A DNA stretch of 64,000 bases from an uncultured delta proteobacterium (GTDB lineage: Bacteria; Desulfobacterota; Desulfobulbia; Desulfobulbales; JAGXFP01), in assembly GCA_963807225.1 (NCBI GenBank), contig CAWEAD010000008.1, positions 200,586 to 264,585 of the forward strand. The letters run 5' to 3'. Positions within the stretch are counted from its first letter, which is position 1. Each line of letters starts with the position of its first letter. The translations under genes were made by a program, and so were the position numbers. Under the pieces are notes generated by a model that had not been told where the DNA came from, ran no database searches, and was given only the letters and a program-made list of their open reading frames with translations. Positions 47,961 through 58,146 of this stretch are shown here, piece by piece.

Positions 47961-49427
47961 TCAGTCTTTTTTCACCTGCCAGGAGGTTCCTGCCGGCCCA
48001 TCCTGCAATTCTATACCGGCTTCGAGCAATAAATCCCTGATCTCGTCGGCTCGTTGCCAGTTTCGATTCTTTCTGGCTTCCCGGCGCTCCTCGATCAACT
48101 GTTCGATCTTTTCCGGGGAGATGGAGAGGGTGGTCAGTTCCTGCTCTCTGAGGCGTTGCAGAAAAGATTCCGGGGGCTCGGTCAGCAGTCCCATGATGGA
48201 GCAGAGAAGTTTGATCCGTTCCGCTTTATTCTTGAGGAATATGACATCTTCCGAAGCTGGAGGAGAAGGCAGCTGTTGCCGGAGGCGATTCAGATCTTTG
48301 ACGCTTTCGAAAATTACCCCCAAAGCCTGGGCGGTATTGAAATCGTTGTCCATGGCCTCCTGGAAACGTGCGCTCAGGCTGGAAAGCCGGTCTTTTTCCG
48401 CCTCGGTCAGGATCGGATCGGCACCGGTCACGGCCATGGGCAGGTTCTCCACCGCGGCGATGCAGCTGTACAATCTTTCCAAGCCGGCGGCGCTGTCCTT
48501 CAGGGCCGCCTCGGAATAATCAAGCGGGTTGCGGTAATGGGTGGAGAAGACAAAGAAGCGCAGAACTTCCTGATGGTGCTGGGCCAAGACCTCGCGGATG
48601 GTGAGAAAGTTGCCCAGGGATTTGGACATCTTTTCATCCTTGATGGTGACGAAACCGTGATGAATCCAGTTCCGGGCGAAGGGCCGGCCGGTGGCGCCCT
48701 CGCTTTGGGCGATCTCGTTTTCGTGATGCGGGAAAACCAGATCCTTGCCGCCGCCGTGGATGTCGAAGGTGTCGCCCAAGTATTCGCGGCTCATGGCCGA
48801 GCATTCGATGTGCCAGCCGGGGCGGCCCGGGCCCCAAGGGCTCTCCCAGGTAGGCTCGCCCGGTTTACTGCCTTTCCAGAGTGCAAAATCCAGCGGGTTC
48901 TCTTTTTCCTCGTTAACCGAGATTCTGGCGCCAGCCTGCATGTCCTCAAGCTGGCGTCCCGAAAGTTTGCCGTAATCGGGAAATCTTGTCACCCGGTAGT
49001 AGACATCGTTCCCGACCTGATAGGCCAACCCCTTTTCGACAAGTTCCCGGATCAACTCGATGATCTGGGCCACATGCTCGGTGGCCTTTGGCTCCAGATC
49101 GGGAGGCAAAGTCTTCAAGGCCTGCATGTCGGCATGAAACTCACGGATAAATCTCTCCGACAGTTCTTCGCAGGTGGTTTGCTGTTCCGCCGCCCTTTTG
49201 ATGATTTTGTCATCGATGTCAGTGAAGTTGCGGATAAAAGTTACCTGGTAGCCGCGATACTTCAGGTAGCGGACCACCATGTCGAAGACCAGAGCCGAGC
49301 GGGCGTGGCCGATGTGACAAAAATCGTAGGCGGTGATCCCGCAGACATAGAGTTTGACCCGCCCCGGCTCGATGGTTTCGAGTGGGACTTTCTTGCCGGC
49401 CAGGGTGTTGAATATATTAATGGTCAT
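47961..49427 (-). CDS. cysS: cysteine--tRNA ligase
   Basis: MTINIFNTL start, [18 protein letters not shown] (HIGH), KMSKSLGN (KMSKS), WHIECSAM zinc site. Confidence 0.95.
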   Translation of the reverse strand: MTINIFNTLAGKKVPLETIEPGRVKLYVCGITAYDFCHIGHARSALVFDMVVRYLKYRGYQVTFIRNFTDIDDKIIKRAAEQQTTCEELSERFIREFHADMQALKTLPPDLEPKATEHVAQIIELIRELVEKGLAYQVGNDVYYRVTRFPDYGKLSGRQLEDMQAGARISVNEEKENPLDFALWKGSKPGEPTWESPWGPGRPGWHIECSAMSREYLGDTFDIHGGGKDLVFPHHENEIAQSEGATGRPFARNWIHHGFVTIKDEKMSKSLGNFLTIREVLAQHHQEVLRFFVFSTHYRNPLDYSEAALKDSAAGLERLYSCIAAVENLPMAVTGADPILTEAEKDRLSSLSARFQEAMDNDFNTAQALGVIFESVKDLNRLRQQLPSPPASEDVIFLKNKAERIKLLCSIMGLLTEPPESFLQRLREQELTTLSISPEKIEQLIEERREARKNRNWQRADEIRDLLLEAGIELQDGPAGTSWQVKKD

Positions 49428-49633
49428 GTCTTCGCTGGTTATCAAGTTGGTCTAATAGGGTCGTAAAACCCGTGAAAGTGTGATATATAACCGTTTCGGC
49501 TCCGTGGGGCAAGCCAAGTTGCGGCTTCGTAAGAGTTTACTTTAACAATCTGTCAATCCCATATTCCAATAAATTCAACGTGGCCCGACTACGAAGTCGG
49601 CCGCCACTGTCCCGGGAAGCAAGGAGAACCGCT

Positions 49634-50083
49634 GTGCGTGTTATCGCTGAAAAAATCCTGTCGAATGGGCTTAAGCTTTCGATTATCGATCATTCCCGGG
49701 CGGTTGCCGCCGATCGTTGGTATGTCAAGGTTGTCTGCAGTCTGGTCATGCCGGTGCGGCCCGAAGCTTATGCCGGCCTGGACTCAGGTGACTCGGAACT
49801 TGACCGTTTGACCAGGGATCGCCTGGGGGATTGTCTGGAGTACCAGATAATCAGGGAACGCAACTTTGTCGATCAAGCAGTCAAGGATGAGTTGATCGGG
49901 CATCTGACCGATCAGCTGCAGGAGCTCGTCGGCCAATATCTGGAAGACGAGGCTTTCCCGGCCCGCCTGGTTGCTGCCAAGTACCGTGAAATTGGCAAGC
50001 TTTGCGCGATGGAGAGGGCCAATAACTCTACGGTTCGGGAGGAGGATGATGAACCGGTCGATTTCTCCCATTGTTTTAGGTAA
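49634..50083 (+). CDS. hypothetical cytoplasmic protein (149 aa), acidic C-terminus
   Basis: The ORF has coding-like composition. GTG 49634 is preceded by AAGGAGAACCGCT. No family recognised. Confidence 0.5.
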   Translation: MRVIAEKILSNGLKLSIIDHSRAVAADRWYVKVVCSLVMPVRPEAYAGLDSGDSELDRLTRDRLGDCLEYQIIRERNFVDQAVKDELIGHLTDQLQELVGQYLEDEAFPARLVAAKYREIGKLCAMERANNSTVREEDDEPVDFSHCFR

Positions 50084-50120
50084 ACGTCGTCGGAGACCGC
50101 CTTACTAGTCCCGATATCTC

Positions 50121-50149
50121 TTGACAAAGCGCATTCTTGGCATCATATT
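50121..50149 (+). promoter_or_regulatory. candidate sigma70 promoter for serA
   Basis: Perfect -35 TTGACA (50121-50126), 17-nt spacer, -10 CATATT (50144-50149). This leaves a leader of about 135 nt. Confidence 0.4.
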
Positions 50150-50291
50150 TCCTCTTTTCCGTATCAGCCTGACCAGCCTTGAAACCACCGACTTCAACAG
50201 ATCCGAGATGGCTTAATCCGGAATCGTCCCGGATCATTTATAATGATTTTGCCGACCGCCAACGAGTCGGCCCGTCCGCTAAGGAGAACCG

Positions 50292-51887
50292 ATGAAAGTT
50301 CTGATCAGTGACAATCTGGCCCCGGTCGGGGCTAAGATTCTGCAAGACGCCGGTCTCGAGGTTGAGATCAACACCGGGCTCCCCCCGGAGGAATTGAAAA
50401 AAATCATTGGTGGTTATGATGGTCTGGTGATTCGCAGCGCGACCAAGGTAACCGCGGAAATTATTGAAGCCGCCGACCATCTCAAGGTCGTGGGGCGGGC
50501 CGGCATCGGTCTGGATAATGTCGATATCCCCGCCGCCAGCAAACGGGGAATCGTGGTGATGAATGCCCCGGACGGCAATTCCACCACCGCGGCCGAACAT
50601 GCCATCGCCATGATGATGTCCTTGAGCCGTAAAATTCCCCAGGCCACCGCCTCGATGAAAGCAGGCAAGTGGGAAAAGAAGAAATTTTCCGGCCGGGAAG
50701 TTACCGGCAAAACCCTGGGAATAGTCGGGATTGGCCGGATCGGCAGCATCGTCGCCGACCGGGCGCAGGGACTGCGGATGACGGTTATCGCTTTCGACCC
50801 CCACATGCCCAAGGATCTGGTCGATAAACTGGGAGTTGAACTTGTATCCATGGACGAACTGTGTCGGCGTTCAGATTTTATTTCCGTGCATGTGCCCTTT
50901 ACCAAGGAAACCAAGCACAGCCTGTCCACCGAGCAATTCAAGCTCATGAAAAATGATGCGATGTTAATCGATTGCGCCCGTGGCGGCGTAGTGGACGAAG
51001 AAGCCCTTTTTGAGGCCCTCAAAAGCGGGGAGATCGCCGGCGCCGCTCTGGATGTTTTTGCCGTGGAACCGACCACCCAGGAGAATTGTCCCCTGCTGGG
51101 CTTGGATAATTTTATCTGCACCCCTCACTTGGGCGCCTCCACCGCCGAGGCCCAGGAGAATGTGGCGGTGGCCATCGCCAAGCAGATGTCCGAGTACCTC
51201 CTGAAGGGCACCGTGACTAATGCGGTAAATGTACCCTCGGTCAGCGCCGAGGTCCTTTCCAAGGTCGGACCGTTCGTGAAACTGGCGGAAATGCTGGGTG
51301 CCATGCATATGCAGCTTGCCACCGGCGGGGTCGAGGAAGTCGGGTTGGAGTTCAGCGGCGACTTGGCCGAATTGGAAACCGGTCCTGTCACGGTGGCTTT
51401 CCTGAAGGGTTTGTTTACTCCGATCCTGAAGGATGCGGTCAACTATGTGAATGCACCGGTGATTGCCAAAGAAAGAGGGATCAAGGTCATCGAATCCCGC
51501 ACCAGCCAATCGGATGATTTCACCAATCTCATCAAGATCCGGGTGAAGACCACCGAGACCGACAACCTTCTGGTCGGCACAGTGTTCGGTAAGAGTGAAC
51601 CCAGGTTGGTCCGCTTCAACACTTTTCGGCTCGAAGCCCTGCCGTCGGGCCCCATGCTTTTTGTGGTCAACAAGGATGTGCCGGGCGTTATCGGCGCCCT
51701 TGGAACTACCCTGGGTAATATGGGTATCAATATTGCCCGGATGACAGTGGGTAATGAAGAGGAGAAAGGGCGCAATATCATTCTGCTTAATACCAATACC
51801 TTGCCCGGCAAGGAGGATTTGCAGACGATAATGGAACTGGACAGCATCGAAAACGCCATGGCGCTGGATTTACCGTTGTTAAATTGA
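50292..51887 (+). CDS. serA: D-3-phosphoglycerate dehydrogenase (long form with ASB and ACT domains)
   Basis: MKVLISDNL..., NAD-binding GIVGIGRIGSIVA, catalytic CARGGVVDE...HLGAST. 531 aa with a C-terminal ACT region. Confidence 0.9.
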   Translation: MKVLISDNLAPVGAKILQDAGLEVEINTGLPPEELKKIIGGYDGLVIRSATKVTAEIIEAADHLKVVGRAGIGLDNVDIPAASKRGIVVMNAPDGNSTTAAEHAIAMMMSLSRKIPQATASMKAGKWEKKKFSGREVTGKTLGIVGIGRIGSIVADRAQGLRMTVIAFDPHMPKDLVDKLGVELVSMDELCRRSDFISVHVPFTKETKHSLSTEQFKLMKNDAMLIDCARGGVVDEEALFEALKSGEIAGAALDVFAVEPTTQENCPLLGLDNFICTPHLGASTAEAQENVAVAIAKQMSEYLLKGTVTNAVNVPSVSAEVLSKVGPFVKLAEMLGAMHMQLATGGVEEVGLEFSGDLAELETGPVTVAFLKGLFTPILKDAVNYVNAPVIAKERGIKVIESRTSQSDDFTNLIKIRVKTTETDNLLVGTVFGKSEPRLVRFNTFRLEALPSGPMLFVVNKDVPGVIGALGTTLGNMGINIARMTVGNEEEKGRNIILLNTNTLPGKEDLQTIMELDSIENAMALDLPLLN

Positions 51888-51924
51888 CTCTCGGCAGTCA
51901 AAGAAAATTTCAGAGGAAGAAAAG

Positions 51925-52239
51925 ATGACCGATCAGGAAAAAGAGAGTGGTAGATGTCCGGAAGGACAAGTCCTGAAGGACGGCAAGTGCGTAATGCCGG
52001 AGGTGACTTTTACGGCCTTTGTGATGTCCTTGAACACTGCTGCTCTCTACCATTTTGGCGAGCTGGCCGACCCTGAAACGGGGCGGACCGGCCAGGATCT
52101 GATGCTGGCCAAGCATACCATCGATACCTTGAAACTATTGCAGGAGAAATCGGTGGGCAATTTGACCAGAGATGAACAGAACCTCCTGGAAACCGTGCTT
52201 TACGACTTAAAGCTGAGGTATGTTAAAGCGGTCGGTTGA
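51925..52239 (+). CDS. DUF1844-domain protein
   Basis: VTFTAFVMSLNTAALYHFGELADPETGRTGQDLMLAKHTIDTLKLLQEKSVGNLTRDEQNLLETVLYDLKLRY matches the DUF1844 pattern. Confidence 0.7.
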   Translation: MTDQEKESGRCPEGQVLKDGKCVMPEVTFTAFVMSLNTAALYHFGELADPETGRTGQDLMLAKHTIDTLKLLQEKSVGNLTRDEQNLLETVLYDLKLRYVKAVG

Positions 52240-52265
52240 ACCTGCCAACAGATTGATTATAAGCG

Positions 52266-52304
52266 GCCTGATTTTCCCTTTGAGAATCAGGCTGTTTTGT
52301 TTTT
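52266..52304 (+). terminator. intrinsic terminator
   Basis: GCCTGATT...AATCAGGC 8-bp stem followed by TGTTTTGTTTTT. Confidence 0.6.
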
Positions 52305-52373
52305 GGTCACCCTGGCAGTCGGATTGGTTGTTGGAACAGCCGACCAAACCATAGAGCGCCTGATTTTGCGAGT

Positions 52374-53267
52374 ATGAGCCTAGCTAACCAGACTATTGAA
52401 GCCCCGGCCAAGATCAATTTATTTCTGCAAGTCACCGGCAGGCGTCCTGACGGATATCACGAGCTGGTTTCGCTGATGCAGAAACTGCGGCTGGCTGATA
52501 CTCTCAACGTACAGCTTGTTGACGGCGCCATCTCCTTGACTTGTACCGACCCTGCGCTGCCGGTCGATGATGGTAACCTGGCCTGGCGGGCGGCCGAACA
52601 TTTTTTTCGTCATACCGGTTGCCGGGGCGGGGCCAGAATCACCCTCGAGAAGAAAATTCCCGTGGCGGCCGGACTGGGCGGTGGCAGCAGCGATGCCGCC
52701 GCGGTACTTCTGGCCCTCAACCACCTATGTCGTGCCGGATTGACCGAAGATGAACTGGCTGACCTGGGCCTGACTCTGGGAGCCGACGTCCCCTTTTTTG
52801 TCAGAACTGCGCCGGCGGCCCTGGCCCGGGGAATCGGTGAACGACTGACCCCGGCCCGGGGTTTATCGCTTGGGACGGTTCTGCTGGTCAACCCCGGATT
52901 CCCCGTTTCCACCAAGTGGGTATACGAGAATTTAGCGTTGACATCGGAGGGTAATCCTTATATTCTAGCGCCCGGTTCGGCCACTCTAAATAGTGGATAT
53001 TTCGGATCCGGATCGATTGATCTCAAAGCGGCCGAGACCGCCTTTTTCGTCAACGATCTGGAATCGGTTACTATCAACAATTATCCCGAGATCGGCCGGA
53101 TCAAAGAGTCGCTGCTGGATTTTGGAGCACGGGTTGCCTTGATGTCCGGCAGCGGTCCTACAGTCTTCGGTCTTTTTGTCCAGGAACATGAAGCGCAAAC
53201 CGCTTTCCGGCATTTCCGGGCTATCTATTCCGATGCAGTTTTCCTGACCGAGCCTCGGCCCGCCTGA
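52374..53267 (+). CDS. ispE: 4-diphosphocytidyl-2-C-methyl-D-erythritol kinase
   Basis: APAKINLFLQVTGRRPDGYHEL, GHMP motif KKIPVAAGLGGGSSDAAAVL, MSGSGPTVFG. Confidence 0.9.
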   Translation: MSLANQTIEAPAKINLFLQVTGRRPDGYHELVSLMQKLRLADTLNVQLVDGAISLTCTDPALPVDDGNLAWRAAEHFFRHTGCRGGARITLEKKIPVAAGLGGGSSDAAAVLLALNHLCRAGLTEDELADLGLTLGADVPFFVRTAPAALARGIGERLTPARGLSLGTVLLVNPGFPVSTKWVYENLALTSEGNPYILAPGSATLNSGYFGSGSIDLKAAETAFFVNDLESVTINNYPEIGRIKESLLDFGARVALMSGSGPTVFGLFVQEHEAQTAFRHFRAIYSDAVFLTEPRPA

Positions 53268-53309
53268 TGCGTCCGCCCAAAGACAACAGGCGGAAATGAG
53301 ATTTTATAC

Positions 53310-53384
53310 TGGGGCGTAACCGAGCGGTTCAGGTATGTGGCTTTGACCCACAGTACGAAGGTTCGAATCCTTCCGCCCCAGCCA
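53310..53384 (+). tRNA. tRNA-Gln (anticodon TTG)
   Basis: Manual cloverleaf: acceptor TGGGGCG/CGCCCCA, D-arm ACC-GAGCGGTTCA-GGT, anticodon arm TGTGG-CTTTGAC-CCACA, T-arm GAAGG-TTCGAAT-CCTTC, G73, encoded CCA. 75 nt. Confidence 0.85.
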
Positions 53385-53413
53385 TCAAGCCAAATCAAAA
53401 TCCGGGTGATGAA

Positions 53414-54355
53414 ATGAAAGACACTATGAAGCTGTTCACCGGCAACGCCAACCCGGAATTGGCCCGGGAAATCTGCAAAAGTCTCGGGGTTGAACTGTCA
53501 TCCGCCGAAGTCAGGCGCTTCAGCGACGGAGAGATCTTTGTCGAGATCGGCGAGAATGTTCGAGGCTGCGATGTCTTCGTGATTCAGCCCACCTGCCCGC
53601 CGGTTAACGACCATCTCATGGAACTGGTGATCATGGTCGATGCCTTACGCCGTGCTTCGGCCCGCCGCATCACCGCCGTGGTTCCCTACTATGGCTATGC
53701 CCGGCAGGATCGCAAGGTGGCGCCGCGGGTCCCGATTACCGCCAAGGTCGTGGCCGAGATGATGATGGTGGTAGGTGTCCGCCGAGTTCTGGCCATGGAT
53801 CTGCATGCCGCCCAAATCCAGGGCTTCTTCAACATCCCCGTCGATCATCTCTACGCCGCCCCGGTGCTGGTCAAGTATATCCGGGATGAGTTGCGCGATA
53901 ATATTATAATGGTCTCGCCGGACGCCGGCGGCGTGGAGCGGACCCGGGCTTACGCCAAAAGGCTGGACGCCGATCTGGCCATAATCGATAAACGGCGGGA
54001 ACGGGCCAATGTGGCCCAGGCCATGAATGTCATTGGCGATGTCAAAGGCAAGACCTGCATCATGCTTGATGACATGGTTGACACCGCCGGTACTCTCTGC
54101 GCCGCCGCTGAGATTCTAATGAAGGCCAGCGCCAAGGATGTCTATGCCTGTTGCTCTCATGGCGTGCTCTCCGGCCCGGCTATCGATCGCCTGGAAAAAT
54201 CGCAGATCAAGCAATTGGTGGTAACCGACAGCATCCCGCTACGCGGGGCCGCCGCCGAATGTAAGAAAATCAAGGTTCTTTCCGTGGCCGGTCTGTTGGG
54301 CGAAGCCATTAAACGAATCCACCTGGATGACTCGGTCAGCTCACTTTTTGTTTGA
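53414..54355 (+). CDS. prs: ribose-phosphate pyrophosphokinase
   Basis: [44 protein letters not shown]. Confidence 0.95.
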   Translation: MKDTMKLFTGNANPELAREICKSLGVELSSAEVRRFSDGEIFVEIGENVRGCDVFVIQPTCPPVNDHLMELVIMVDALRRASARRITAVVPYYGYARQDRKVAPRVPITAKVVAEMMMVVGVRRVLAMDLHAAQIQGFFNIPVDHLYAAPVLVKYIRDELRDNIIMVSPDAGGVERTRAYAKRLDADLAIIDKRRERANVAQAMNVIGDVKGKTCIMLDDMVDTAGTLCAAAEILMKASAKDVYACCSHGVLSGPAIDRLEKSQIKQLVVTDSIPLRGAAAECKKIKVLSVAGLLGEAIKRIHLDDSVSSLFV

Positions 54356-54451
54356 AAGTTTCGACAAGTTGTATTAAGAGGCATGTTTCAATAAATTTTC
54401 ACGCTATTTCTCGGACCTATCTTTTCACTATATATTTGGAGGCGAGCAGCA

Positions 54452-55048
54452 ATGTTACAGGTAAATTTGAATGCGAACGTCAGAACCGGTCACGGTAAAG
54501 GCGCGGCCCGGACCTTGAGGAGAAGCGGTCAGACTCCGGCCGTCCTCTATGGGCAGGGCGCCGAACCGGTATCTCTGGCTCTGAATACCAAGAATCTGAC
54601 CAAGGAACTTTTGGCGATTCATCATCGGAATGCCATCGTCAATCTGGAAGTCGAGGAAGATGGCAAGAAATTCACCAAACACGTGCTGATCAAGGAAGTA
54701 CAGGTCGATCCTCTGAAGGAAATTCCGGTGCATGCCGACTTTTGTGAAATCTCCATGGAAAAACCCATGACCCTCATCGTCCCCCTTGAGTATACCGGCA
54801 AGGCCAAGGGCGTAGACCTGGGCGGAGAAATGGTGATCAGCGCCACCAAGGTCAAAGTAAAAGCCAAACCACTGGATATTCCGGATACTATTGTTGTGGA
54901 CGTCACCAGCCTTAATATCGGTGACAGTTTCTCCTTCACCGAACTACCGATTCCGGCTGGGGTTACCATGGTGGACACCAGCACCAAACCCTGTGTGGCC
55001 GTTACCGCCGCCACCATCAAAAAAGAGGGTGGCGAGGAGGAAGCCTGA
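54452..55048 (+). CDS. rplY: 50S ribosomal protein L25 / general stress protein Ctc (long form)
   Basis: GKGAARTLRRSGQTPAVLYG and LIKEVQVDPLKEIPVHADF. Conserved position between prs and pth. Confidence 0.9.
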   Translation: MLQVNLNANVRTGHGKGAARTLRRSGQTPAVLYGQGAEPVSLALNTKNLTKELLAIHHRNAIVNLEVEEDGKKFTKHVLIKEVQVDPLKEIPVHADFCEISMEKPMTLIVPLEYTGKAKGVDLGGEMVISATKVKVKAKPLDIPDTIVVDVTSLNIGDSFSFTELPIPAGVTMVDTSTKPCVAVTAATIKKEGGEEEA

Positions 55049-55097
55049 GCAGCAGCTAAGCAATGGCTTCAGTCGCTCAACCTGTCAATGGTTGGCT

Positions 55098-55136
55098 AAC
55101 CGGAAAATGATCCTTCATTTTCCGGTTTTTTATTTT
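55098..55136 (+). terminator. intrinsic terminator after rplY
   Basis: AACCGGAAAATGA-TCCT-TCATTTTCCGGTT perfect 13-bp stem followed by TTTTATTTT. Confidence 0.8.
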
Positions 55137-55150
55137 CTGGAGATAAAACT

Positions 55151-55717
55151 ATGCTTTTGGTGGTCGGCCTGGGTAATCCCGGCGACAAATACGAGAAAAC
55201 CAGACATAATGTCGGTTTCATGTTCCTTGACTATCTGGCCCGTGAGGTCGGGGTTGAGTTCAAGGAGAGTCGCTGGGAGGCTTTGGTGGCTAAGGCCGGT
55301 CTCGAATCAGGGCCAGCCCTGCTGGTCAAACCCCAGACTTTCATGAATCTCAGCGGCAGGGCTGTGGCCAGGATTGCCTCGTATCATAAGATTGAGCCCG
55401 GACGGATCATTGTGGTTCACGACGATCTGGATTTGGAGCCGGGACGCCTAAAGGTTGTTCAAGATCGGGGGCCGGGCGGACATAACGGTATCCGCTCGAT
55501 CATCGAATGTTTGGGAACCAGGCAATTCGTCCGGCTTCGAATCGGGATCGGCCGTCCCCCTGAATTCATGCGCCCGGCCGACTTTGTCTTGTCCAGATTC
55601 AGCGAAGCGGAAAGGCAGTTGATCGATCAGGGCTTCACTGAAATGGCCAAGGCGGTTTCCATAATTGATCTTCAAGGGGTCTCGGCGGCCATGAATTTTT
55701 TCAACCGTCGGGAATAA
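55151..55717 (+). CDS. pth: peptidyl-tRNA hydrolase
   Basis: LLVVGLGNPGDKYEKTRHNVGF, VVHDDLDLEPGRLKV, GGHNGIRS. Confidence 0.95.
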   Translation: MLLVVGLGNPGDKYEKTRHNVGFMFLDYLAREVGVEFKESRWEALVAKAGLESGPALLVKPQTFMNLSGRAVARIASYHKIEPGRIIVVHDDLDLEPGRLKVVQDRGPGGHNGIRSIIECLGTRQFVRLRIGIGRPPEFMRPADFVLSRFSEAERQLIDQGFTEMAKAVSIIDLQGVSAAMNFFNRRE

Positions 55718-55820
55718 TTTTTTTCAGCTGTAACTACCAATAACTAAAGGGAAATCCTGGCTCCCATCTGCTTAACCTGTTAATTTCTTGAAACATTTTC
55801 GCCTTTCTTGGGCCGGTTTA

Positions 55821-55829
55821 TGTTATAAT
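55821..55829 (+). promoter_or_regulatory. candidate extended -10 promoter element for carD
   Basis: TGTTATAAT (TGnTATAAT) lies about 60 nt upstream of the GTG start. No good -35 hexamer. Confidence 0.35.
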
Positions 55830-55887
55830 TGTATTTTCCAATAGAACCAGCCGGTTAAATGATCAGGTGAATTAGAGAGGTTGACAA

Positions 55888-56364
55888 GTGTTCAAATGCG
55901 GCGACATGGCAGTTTATCCTGCCCACGGAGTTGGTAAAATCGAGTCCATCGAGCAAAAAAAAATTGGAGATCTGGAACAATCTTTTTACATCATGAAAAT
56001 TGTCGATACCGGGATGGTGGTCATGATTCCCACTTCGGCCAGCAGCACTGGGTTGCGTAATATCATCGCATCCGATCAAGTCGAAAAAGTTTACGACATT
56101 CTGCGCGAAAAGAAAGTTACCATCTCCTCACAACCCTGGAATCAACGCTACCGGGATTATATGCAGAAAATTAAAACCGGTTCCGTTTATGAGATTGCCG
56201 CGGTCTTGCGAGATCTAAATGTCCTGAGTGCCGACAAGACCCTGTCGTTCGGTGAACGAAAAATGATGGATACCGCCCGGAATCTACTGATCAAGGAAAT
56301 CGCCATTGCCAAGAAGACCAAGGAAAAAATGGTCGAGGAGAAACTGGACGAAATCTTTTCCTGA
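55888..56364 (+). CDS. carD: CarD/CdnL-family RNA-polymerase-binding transcription factor
   Basis: FKCGDMAVYPAHGVGKIESIEQKKIGDLEQSFYIMKI (Tudor-like RID) and C-terminal helical domain. GTG start after GAGAGG. Confidence 0.85.
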   Translation: MFKCGDMAVYPAHGVGKIESIEQKKIGDLEQSFYIMKIVDTGMVVMIPTSASSTGLRNIIASDQVEKVYDILREKKVTISSQPWNQRYRDYMQKIKTGSVYEIAAVLRDLNVLSADKTLSFGERKMMDTARNLLIKEIAIAKKTKEKMVEEKLDEIFS

Positions 56365-56387
56365 GTAAATTCGAGCTCATGAAGTTA

Positions 56388-56418
56388 AAGCCTGCCGGGA
56401 TTCCGGGAGGCTTTTTTT
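56388..56418 (+). terminator. intrinsic terminator after carD
   Basis: AAGCCTGCCGGGA-TT-CCGGGAGGCTT hairpin (one mismatch) followed by T7. Confidence 0.7.
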
Positions 56419-56534
56419 ATGTCCCGTCGGCTCAACCGAGATCCTGTCTTTCGGATATCCTGCTTGCCGGCGGCGTATCCCGAGGGTTATCTTATTCCGG
56501 TCTTGTTACGGATCGATAAATCCGAGTTAAAAGG

Positions 56535-57494
56535 TTGAACGTGAAAGTGGCTTTACATCAATTAACGGTCGACAACAGCCATCAACGACAACGACTGGAT
56601 ACTTATCTGGCTGACGTCTTGTGCGACTCAGATCTGAGTCGTTCGCGGATCAAGAACCTGATCGAATCCGCTGCGGTTCTGGTCAATGGGGTTCAGGTTA
56701 AAACCTCTTACCGGCTCCGGGAGCTTGACCGAATAATGATTACGGTCCCGGAACCGGCGCCGAGCGAGCTCCGTCCCGAGGCAATTGAATTTCCCATCCT
56801 CCATGAAGATGAAGATCTGCTGGTCATTTCTAAACCGCCGGGCCTGGTGGTTCATCCCGGGTGCGGGCACCAGAACGGGACCCTGGTGCACGGGCTTCTT
56901 TTCCATTGCGATGACCTGGCCGGGGTCGGTGGTGAGGAGCGTCCGGGTATAGTGCATCGGCTGGATAAGGACACCTCCGGCATCCTGGTGGTGGCCAAGA
57001 ATGACAGGGCCCATCAAGATTTACTGGGGCAATTCAAGGAACGACAGGTTACCAAGATCTACCGAGCCTTGGTTAATGGTCGGCCAGTGGGAGAAAAAGG
57101 CAGGATCGATCGACCAATCGGCCGCCATCCCGTCCAGCGCCGGAAGATGGCAATCAACGAGCGCCAGGGCCGGACGGCGACCACCAACTGGCGGGTGTTG
57201 GAAAGCTTTGCCGAAGGTTATACCTATCTGGAACTGGAACTGGAAACCGGCCGCACCCACCAGATCAGAGTCCATCTGGCGGCCCTCGGTCACCCGGTGA
57301 CCGGGGATGAAATTTATGGGCGGCAAAACCGGCAGCTCTTAAGCGAACTGGGAGTGAAGCGACATTGTCTCCATTCCTACCGCCTGGGATTCAGACACCC
57401 GAGGAGTGGCGAGAATTTGCTCTTTACCGCCCCTCTTTGGCCGGACTTCCAGGCGGTGTTGGAATCGTTACGGCAAAGGGCGGGAGCGGCTTGA
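56535..57494 (+). CDS. rluD: RluA-family 23S rRNA pseudouridine synthase (RluD-like) with N-terminal S4 domain
   Basis: QRLDTYLA...SRSRIKNLI (S4), catalytic HRLDKDTSGILVVAK, THQIRVHLA. Confidence 0.85.
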   Translation: MNVKVALHQLTVDNSHQRQRLDTYLADVLCDSDLSRSRIKNLIESAAVLVNGVQVKTSYRLRELDRIMITVPEPAPSELRPEAIEFPILHEDEDLLVISKPPGLVVHPGCGHQNGTLVHGLLFHCDDLAGVGGEERPGIVHRLDKDTSGILVVAKNDRAHQDLLGQFKERQVTKIYRALVNGRPVGEKGRIDRPIGRHPVQRRKMAINERQGRTATTNWRVLESFAEGYTYLELELETGRTHQIRVHLAALGHPVTGDEIYGRQNRQLLSELGVKRHCLHSYRLGFRHPRSGENLLFTAPLWPDFQAVLESLRQRAGAA

Positions 57495-57495
57495 G

Positions 57496-58146
57496 ATGGA
57501 ACGGCAAAAACCATTGGTGATCGCTCTTACCGGCGGCATCGGTACGGGTAAGAGCACCTTGGGCGAGTTGTTCCGGCAACATGGGGCCAGACTGATCAGT
57601 GCCGATCAACTCAGCCGGGAACTGCTGGCACCGGGCGCCGAAGGGGCTGAATTAATACGACGGCAATTCGGGGAACGATTCTTTGCCGCTGATGGGGAGA
57701 TCGATCGCGCCGGCCTGCGGCGGGCCATCTTTTTCGAACCTGAATTGCGCCGACAGCTTGATTCTTTGCTTCATCCCCTGATCCGAAAAAGAATCTTCGA
57801 GTTGCTTGCCCAACCCAAACGGACTTGGGATGAAGCCGTCCAGCCCCCTTTTTTCCAGGGGACAGTGGTGGAAGTCCCATTGCTTTTTGAAGTGGGCTGG
57901 CAGGATGATTTCGATCGGGTGGTGGTGGTGCTGGCCGATGATCAACAGGCCCTCGCACGGTTGCGACAGCGAGACGGGGTGAGCCGCGCCGAGGCCGAGG
58001 CGGCCATTTCCGCCCAGATGCCGTTGCGCGAAAAGCTTACCCGGGCCGATTATGTCATCGATAACCGTGGCTCCCTGGCCGAAACGGCTCGGCAGGTTGC
58101 CGAGTTGATCGTTCTTCTCCAAGGTGGTGATTCCAACCCGGCCTAA
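57496..58146 (+). CDS. coaE: dephospho-CoA kinase
   Basis: VIALTGGIGTGKST P-loop 8 residues after ATG 57496, which lies 1 nt after the rluD stop. The ORF-track start at 57406 lies inside rluD. Confidence 0.85.
   Translation: MERQKPLVIALTGGIGTGKSTLGELFRQHGARLISADQLSRELLAPGAEGAELIRRQFGERFFAADGEIDRAGLRRAIFFEPELRRQLDSLLHPLIRKRIFELLAQPKRTWDEAVQPPFFQGTVVEVPLLFEVGWQDDFDRVVVVLADDQQALARLRQRDGVSRAEAEAAISAQMPLREKLTRADYVIDNRGSLAETARQVAELIVLLQGGDSNPA

Noticed and set aside
48054-49466. 470-aa ORF on the plus strand covering the whole cysS locus
   Set aside because: It is antisense to a textbook CysS with HIGH, KMSKS and zinc-site motifs. Its product is G/R/A/L/D-rich with no recognisable motif. This is a typical shadow ORF in GC-rich DNA.
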